Part shown: positions 55,401 to 64,000 of the stretch, in pieces
Layout: every line of letters begins with the position of its first letter
Numbering within the stretch: position 1 is the first letter of the stretch
NCBI GenBank assembly: GCA_951406725.2
Contig: OX597814.1
Coordinates: 157,666,001 to 157,730,000, forward strand
Direction of reading: 5' to 3'
From: Octopus vulgaris
Taxonomy: Eukaryota
Length of the DNA: 64,000 bases
Position numbers and translations under genes: made by a program
Notes under the pieces: generated by a model
The model's database searches: none
What the model saw: the letters and a program-made list of their open reading frames with translations, nothing else
What the model was told of the DNA's origin: nothing

Positions 55401-56302
55401 TGTGGCCCGTAGCAAACAAGCTGATGTCGACTAGAAACACACGCACCAATGGTTACGAAGCTCAGGGTTAAAAGCAGAGAGTGATGGTTTCATATTAGCT
55501 GCTCAAGACCAAAGCTTATTTACCCGGAACTACCAAGCCAATGTGATAAAAATGGAGCTGACACAAAATGCTGATTTTGTAACGATGAGATTGAAACAAT
55601 AGACCACCTAATCTCAGGGTGAAGAGTCTTAGCACCTGCAGAATATAAAGCAAGACATGACAGAATCGGCCAGTATTTACACTGGACAATATGTCGGCAT
55701 TATAAAATCAAAACTGCTGACAAATGGTATAAACATCATCCTGAAGCTGTGACTGAAGGAGAAAATGTGTCGATTCTATGGGACTTCCCCGTGCAGACCG
55801 ACAGGACTATAAAAGCTAATAAACCGGATATCATTATAAAAGATCAGACAAAAAGGATGTGTTTATTAATTGACATGAGTATTCCCTGTGATCACAATAT
55901 AGCGGCGAAAGAATTTGACAAGATTAGTAAATATAAAGACCTGCTAATGGATATTGAAAAAATGTGGCATCTCAAGACGACTACAGTACCAGTGATTGTA
56001 GGATCTCTAGGAATGATAAAAAAATGCACTGAAACCTATTTGAAAATGATTCCAGGCTTACCATCCCTACAGGAAGTGCAAAAAATCGTATTAACTGGAA
56101 CGGCTCATTTATTGAGAAGAGCACTATCGCTGTGAAAATAACATCCATCCATGAATTTATTTATTAATTTTTAAATACATATTTTATCTTTGAATTTGCG
56201 CGTGTAATCTGGGAATGCATACAATGAGCTTCTCTGCCCTAGGTGTATGGAAAACACCCGGCGTGAAACGGAAGAAAATTTGAAGAAAGAAGGAAAAAAC
56301 AT
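52484..56302 (+). mobile_element. Near full-length, relatively young Dong/R4-like LINE (family B)
   Basis: ORFs 52529-54649 (706 aa; [36 protein letters not shown]), 54646-55434 and 55749-56135 (KPDIII, IDMSIP, KYKDL); preceded by TAATAATAAT, followed by (TAA)n. Confidence 0.93.
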
Positions 56303-56327
56303 GATAATATTAATAATAATAATAATA

Positions 56328-58327
<2,000 letters not shown>

Positions 58328-59230
58328 GGAAGAAGGCCCGCGCTGAGTAACAACATGGATGTACTAAACCGGGCTCTCCATTCAAAAACAAATCTAATCC
58401 AATAACATCGATGGAATTAGATAACGGAACCTAAGGAAAACCTGAAGGAAGCGGCTTTTTAACGAAGATATTAAAAAAACAAACAAATTATACTGCCATA
58501 CAAAGTACAGATTCTCCTACGCACAGTGTCTCAATGAAACATGTGCGAAACACACACGCGATATCAACACCGGAAAGTTTACAAATAATAAAATAGAAAC
58601 GGACTAAATTAAAAAAGATATTGAGTACATAAATTGAGTAATTACGCATACAATCGAATGTCTACACGATCATATATACATTTTGATACCCATAGGACTA
58701 CACATAATAATAATAAATCAATAAGGTGTCCATTTATACGAGGATGACTGATGCAAATTAAAGCGAGCCTCATAGAAATAATCGAAAAGGCGGAAGACCT
58801 AAAAGCTATCAGCCAATTATAAGTTTTTCGAACTTTTAGAAGAACAGATGATTTGCAGAAAATGTTCATACGGTTCTACTTGTAAAAGAAAACAATATTG
58901 GTAGAAGCAGAACTTGCATAGTGTCTGAATACATTACCAAAGAGAAAACTAAAATGTACTGCAACATGGATACTTGTATGAACAGGGATGTATAAACTGT
59001 CATCTTTTATAAGAGTTATAGAAAGCAGCCTGCCAAAGTAGAGAACAGTTTTGGTAGTAAATTACACAGATGTTGCCCCAAAACCTGACAAAAATTTGTA
59101 TAAGAATAAATATTTAAAGTGATTTGTTTTCGTCATTTCGGTTCAGAGAACTCTTATAAAAGTGGCAATAATGGCTGTAAGTTTAAAAGGACCAAGTTGG
59201 ATCACTTCATATATTTTTCTAAAGGTATTA

Positions 59231-59286
<56 letters not shown>

Positions 59287-59322
59287 ACACACACACACAC
59301 ACATACACACACACACACACAC

Positions 59323-59645
59323 ACATGGTTGACCGCTAACTCCACAAGTTCTTTTACTTTCACTTTTATTCTCTCTGCTTATTTCCTTGTGTTCCTTTCT
59401 GTTTGAAGAGCGTAGGCTCGAAACGTAAAAGACTTTCTCACCTTTCCGAACGTCAAACTAATACACTTGCTTGTTGTTTACACACTCATCTTCGTCTTTT
59501 GTTGTTCTGTAAGTTTAACGTTCGGGAAGGTGAGAAAGTCTTTTACGTTACGAGCCTACAGTCTTCAACAGAAAGGAACACAAGGAAATAAGCAGAGAGA
59601 ATAAAATAGAGAATAACAGAACGTGTGGAGTTAGTGGTCAATTAT
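59323..59645. mobile_element. Foldback element with a hammerhead-like motif in each arm
   Basis: About 59323-59459 is the inverse of about 59512-59645; motif CTTT-CTGTTGAA-GAGC(GTAG)GCTC-GAAA-CGTA-AAAG reconstructed from the two arms. Confidence 0.65.
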
Positions 59646-59798
59646 GGAGATTGATATATATATATACGTACACATGTATATTAATATGTGTTTGCGTGTG
59701 TGTATTAGCCTCCTAAAGGGATGATTTCATCCAAGTTACACCGGTTCAATACTACATATTGTTGAGAAATATATCTTCAATATAAATACGTATATTAT

Positions 59799-59942
59799 TG
59801 TTGTGTGGACGCCCCCAGACGATGAAGTAGGCTAGCCCAATACGTATATATAGAGGGAGAAGTCTAGACACAGGAGAAGCAGTCGGATTAGGAGAGAAGA
59901 GAGGGAAGTTGAGTAGAGGTCATCCGAACGTGCGACATAACA
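59799..59942. mobile_element. Short solo LTR with 5-bp TSD
   Basis: TGTTGTGT...ACATAACA termini; ATTAT at 59794-59798 and 59943-59947. Confidence 0.65.
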
Positions 59943-61919
59943 ATTATAAATATCGAATATTTTTAAATAAGAAAATGGAGAGTTTAAATAGAGTAATTTG
60001 TTAATATATTGTTAATTAAGCTTACAATTGTTTCAGTTTACACTCAATACAAATTATAAACCCATAGAATAAGATAAGTTTGCATTTTGAAGATCAGTTC
60101 ATGAATTTTCATGATGTTTTCATTTATTCGGGAGGTTGACGGACGCCCTGAACGAGGCTGGTCTTCAAGCGACAAGTGACCTTTCCAAAACCGTGAAAGT
60201 TACTCGTAAATTTGTTTTACACATAGCACAGTCCTTCTAAGCTGTTTGAAGCATGGCAAATGTTGCGTCCGCCGTTTTCCTCAGCAGAAACAGAATTTTG
60301 CGGAAGCACGCTTTACCTTCGTTTCTGCCATCGCAAAAATCGACGAACAGGGAACAAGCACTATAAATCAAAGACGCACTACATTGCAGTACGACCTCAC
60401 TGACGCCGCCAGTTGGCGAACTGATGCTTGGGGGTCTCATCAATTGACTTTTAGCAGCGGAATCCTGACCTACAACGGGCTAGCCTTACAGAAAAGGGTT
60501 CCGGTTACTTTTAGGTACCTCCTCGTACATGGATAGAGTTAAAAAAAAGGAAAAAATATACCAGCAGTAGGCAAAAATCTTTCAGCAGTGGGTGGTATTA
60601 AGAAATATGGATTTCTACTTCTTTTTTTTTTTCAGTCCCAGCAATAGCAAGTATCCACTGCCCGTACACGCTAAGAGAAAATCGGTCTGCTACCTTATAA
60701 AGTTATATAGTGATTGTAAACGAGATATCAGAGACCGGAATACCCAGTATTAAAATGTATCAGCTAGCAGCCGATATTTGGTTAGCATGCTATGCCAGTG
60801 GATACTTGCTACTTCTAAAGTTTAAAAACGCCGAAAACAAGATTAAGCTAGGCCATCACAACTATTGGTCGACTTTTGCCTGCTGCTGCTGCTGATTTAT
60901 TTCTGTGCTTATATCAATAAACATAAATCAGAGATGCTTTCTCGAAGTGAATACCGCAGTTTAGAAGGCTTTCAACATTATATATGACAAGCAAATCTAC
61001 CCATCTTCGATAGAAGATAAAATGAGGGAAGGAAGTTACAACATCAGTATGCATTGAGAAATGTGTAAATGGACTTGATAGATTACTGGGCGATGTCTTA
61101 GAGAAATCACATTCTTGTTGGTGATACAGAATTCTATTGCAGCTATATGACATGTGTTTTGACTGAGTGACATGTGATGACGTTTCACTCCCGAACTGAA
61201 ATCGGCTCCCAGCCTCTGTATCATGAATGGTTATGTGGACCACTCCTTACGAAAGCCAGAGCTTCCTGCGACCACTACATAAAAAGTACTGAGAAGAAAA
61301 ACGTTATACAGGTATGCTTTTATCTTAATTGTTTACACTATTTTACGCTTATACATTCAAAGTTCACAAATTTCCTTATTTGAATTATGAATCATATTCC
61401 TTTCGTTAATATCAATCTGATTACAAAACTTCTTTCCAGACGATATTTTCTGTTTGGTCAACATTAATTTTCTAATTACTGGAGTCCGTTGCTCTACACC
61501 TAGCGACGTATAACTGGTCGCGTGTAAACATAGCAGTGAATAAAAATACACCTACACTATCTAAAGTCTGACCCTGTGCCTTGCTTGCCGTGAGTGCGCA
61601 AACGAAATCTTTAGGGGTTGCAAAAAATCAAACTAAGACTTACCTCTCACTGTTCTGTGCGATTAATGTCTGGATGTTCTGGTACCATGAGTTATTTTGA
61701 TTGACACAACTGAGATGTAAACAACAGCCACTTCGATTAGCCGTTCCGAATCCTACTCGAGACTGACACACTTCAATAAGCACTAAATAATCACACACAC
61801 TATATACGGAGACACACTTTTTCCATTTTATTTTCGCTATTAACCGTCCTCGCGACCCCCTTCGTATCTACGATGGGGCCACGAATCATACGATGAAATC
61901 CAGAGTTACACGCGGTCGG

Positions 61920-62478
61920 TGAATTTTTAATAAAAAATGCGATGCTGGTTTATCAATTCAAAAATCAATATCCACGAAATAATCACACTTTCTGATTTTG
62001 TTTTAATGCTAAAATCTTTCCTGACGACCGTCTTGGTAATCTCGAAAAATATCGTAACCATTGGTCCAGCCGTCTGGCCGTAAAGAGGAAATATAGAGAC
62101 GGACAGATGGACAGACAGACGGACATAACGCCCATTATAGTAAGATATCAAATCTGCCCATCTATGATGGAAAATAAAGGGATAGTATCACAAATATAAA
62201 CACTCTAAATTCTCGAACTATACGGGTAGGGGTATCCAGAGTTAATCCTCGTCGACAGAATTTTAACAAAAACAAAATCAAAGGTGATTTATTAATACAA
62301 AACTCAACATTCACTAAATGATCATACTTTTTCACATTTTTTCGCTAAAAACATTCCGGATTACCTCCTTCGGGATTCCGAAAGACACCGTGACCATTGG
62401 TCCGGCTGTTTGACCATGAAGAGGGAACAGACGGACGGGTGGACGGATATAACACCCATTATAGTATTAGTAAGATTA
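61920..62478 (-). mobile_element. Two partial Helitron/Helentron-associated non-autonomous elements
   Basis: Minus-strand start TCTTACTATAATGGGCG followed by GTCC/GTCT microsatellite; 62035-62147 repeated at 62385-62478. Confidence 0.5.
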
Positions 62479-62664
62479 AAACATGATATACAGATCGCTA
62501 ATTTGAGCTAATGCTACTTTCGTTGCTAATAGCGAATGTGTGTGCGCGCGCGCATTTCTGTGCGTGTCCTCGCATATGTCTACAAATACCTATACACACA
62601 CATATATTTACGTGTGTCTGAGTATGTGTGTGTGCGTGTGTGAGCGTGTGTATGTGTGTGTGTA

Positions 62665-62752
62665 AATAGATAGGTAGACAGACAGACAGACAGACAGACA
62701 GATAGATGGATGGATGGATAGATGGATGGATGGATGGATGGATGGATGGATG

Positions 62753-62825
<73 letters not shown>

Positions 62826-62827
62826 GT

Positions 62828-62883
<56 letters not shown>

Positions 62884-62899
62884 GGATAGATAGATAAGT

Positions 62900-62935
<36 letters not shown>

Positions 62936-62997
62936 TGATAGATAGATAGATAAGTAGAAAGATAGATAGATAGATAAGTAGAAAGATAGATAGTTAG

Positions 62998-63056
<59 letters not shown>
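62665..63056. repeat. Compound (GACA)/(GATG)/(GATA)/(GA)n microsatellite
   Basis: Directly visible tandem repeat. Confidence 0.95.
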
Positions 63057-63061
<5 letters not shown>

Positions 63062-63825
63062 TATTGCTTATATGTTTAGTTTGAAACACAGATGGTGATT
63101 TTAATTCAATCCGCTTTGAATATCATTCACTGACTCTTCCACTTCCCGGAAAGCTTCCTGCAATACCGTGAATGTGTAATTTGTTTCCTATATATCAAAC
63201 AGAAATTCTATCTTATCGAGGAACAGTTGCACGGCAGTAAGAAGACACAAAAAAGGCAAAAGATACCTGTTATTCTCACCTGCTCATTGCTACAACTATT
63301 CGCCTCAGATATATAATCTGTTTTTTGCAGAAAATGTCTATGATGAGCTTTTCTCCCAGATGAGAATCACAATATCATGTAATTCAACAGTGTATATACA
63401 TTTTACATGGTACACAAACAGTGATTATTACTCAATGCTGTTTCAATTGCGTTCGCTAAGTTACAGGGTATTCGGGATAAATTTGTCGATTATTTATGCT
63501 TCCATTTTTTCTGGAAGAGCTGGATTGGTGTATTGGTGAAAAGTCAACAGCGTTGGAGAGCATAAATATTAAAATAGTATTTGAAAAATGTTAGCTATGG
63601 AAGAGTGGAAATCATCTGAATATCAGAGAAGAGTTACCTGTATCGTAAGGCATGTGCCAGATTGTGGAGCTATTTTGAGGCCGCTATAATCTAGTTGAAA
63701 TGTTTTGATTTTTTAAAAATACTTTTAATTTTGGATGGGTTATTGTTTGCTTTTTCTTTTAAGTAAACTATAAATTGAGCTCTAAAATACTGTAACACAT
63801 GCCCCACACACATACATATACACAC

Positions 63826-63898
<73 letters not shown>

Positions 63899-64000
63899 CA
63901 TACGCATACTAATATATACATACACACAAGCATACACACAGTTATACACATACATACAAACACACACACACACACACATTTACACATATATAAGCACATA

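Noticed and set aside
60015-60110. Minus-strand GAAACAATTGTA palindromic helix III-like motif
   Set aside because: No matching CUGANGA core upstream
60246-60536. 96-aa ORF in a GC-richer patch
   Set aside because: No ATG start, recognisable domain or convincing splice partners; probably a TE relic
60914-61260. 109-aa minus-strand ORF
   Set aside because: Only faint resemblance to a decayed mariner HTH region; not supportable as a gene or a defined element

Overview
AT-rich, microsatellite-dense eukaryotic (animal) DNA; the repeat families resemble those of coleoid cephalopods (probably Octopus; my recollection, not verified). One host gene is supported: a three-exon minus-strand gene (32735-32387, 4901-4722, 2509-2277; 253 aa) encoding a probably secreted PAN/apple-like plus C-type lectin protein. 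Its middle exon is absent from the ORF track and its first intron is about 27.5 kb. Most of the rest is transposon debris: Dong/R4-type restriction-endonuclease (REL) LINEs in (TAA)n tracts, Penelope-like elements (PLEs) with inverted ends mostly in (TA)n tracts, an L1/Tx1-like LINE, mariner and Tc1 elements, Helitron-type non-autonomous elements, tRNA-derived SINEs and a solo LTR. The most interesting signals are: minimal hammerhead-ribozyme motifs in short non-coding elements, including a tRNA-headed SINE with an internal (TAA)n site occupied by a full-length Dong LINE; a 9 x 24-bp array at that LINE's 5' junction; a 3' stem-loop conserved in structure across the Dong families; and inverted mariner copies bracketing exactly the two lectin-domain exons. 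Most ORF-track entries are microsatellite artefacts. No CRISPR, rRNA or true tRNA gene was seen.
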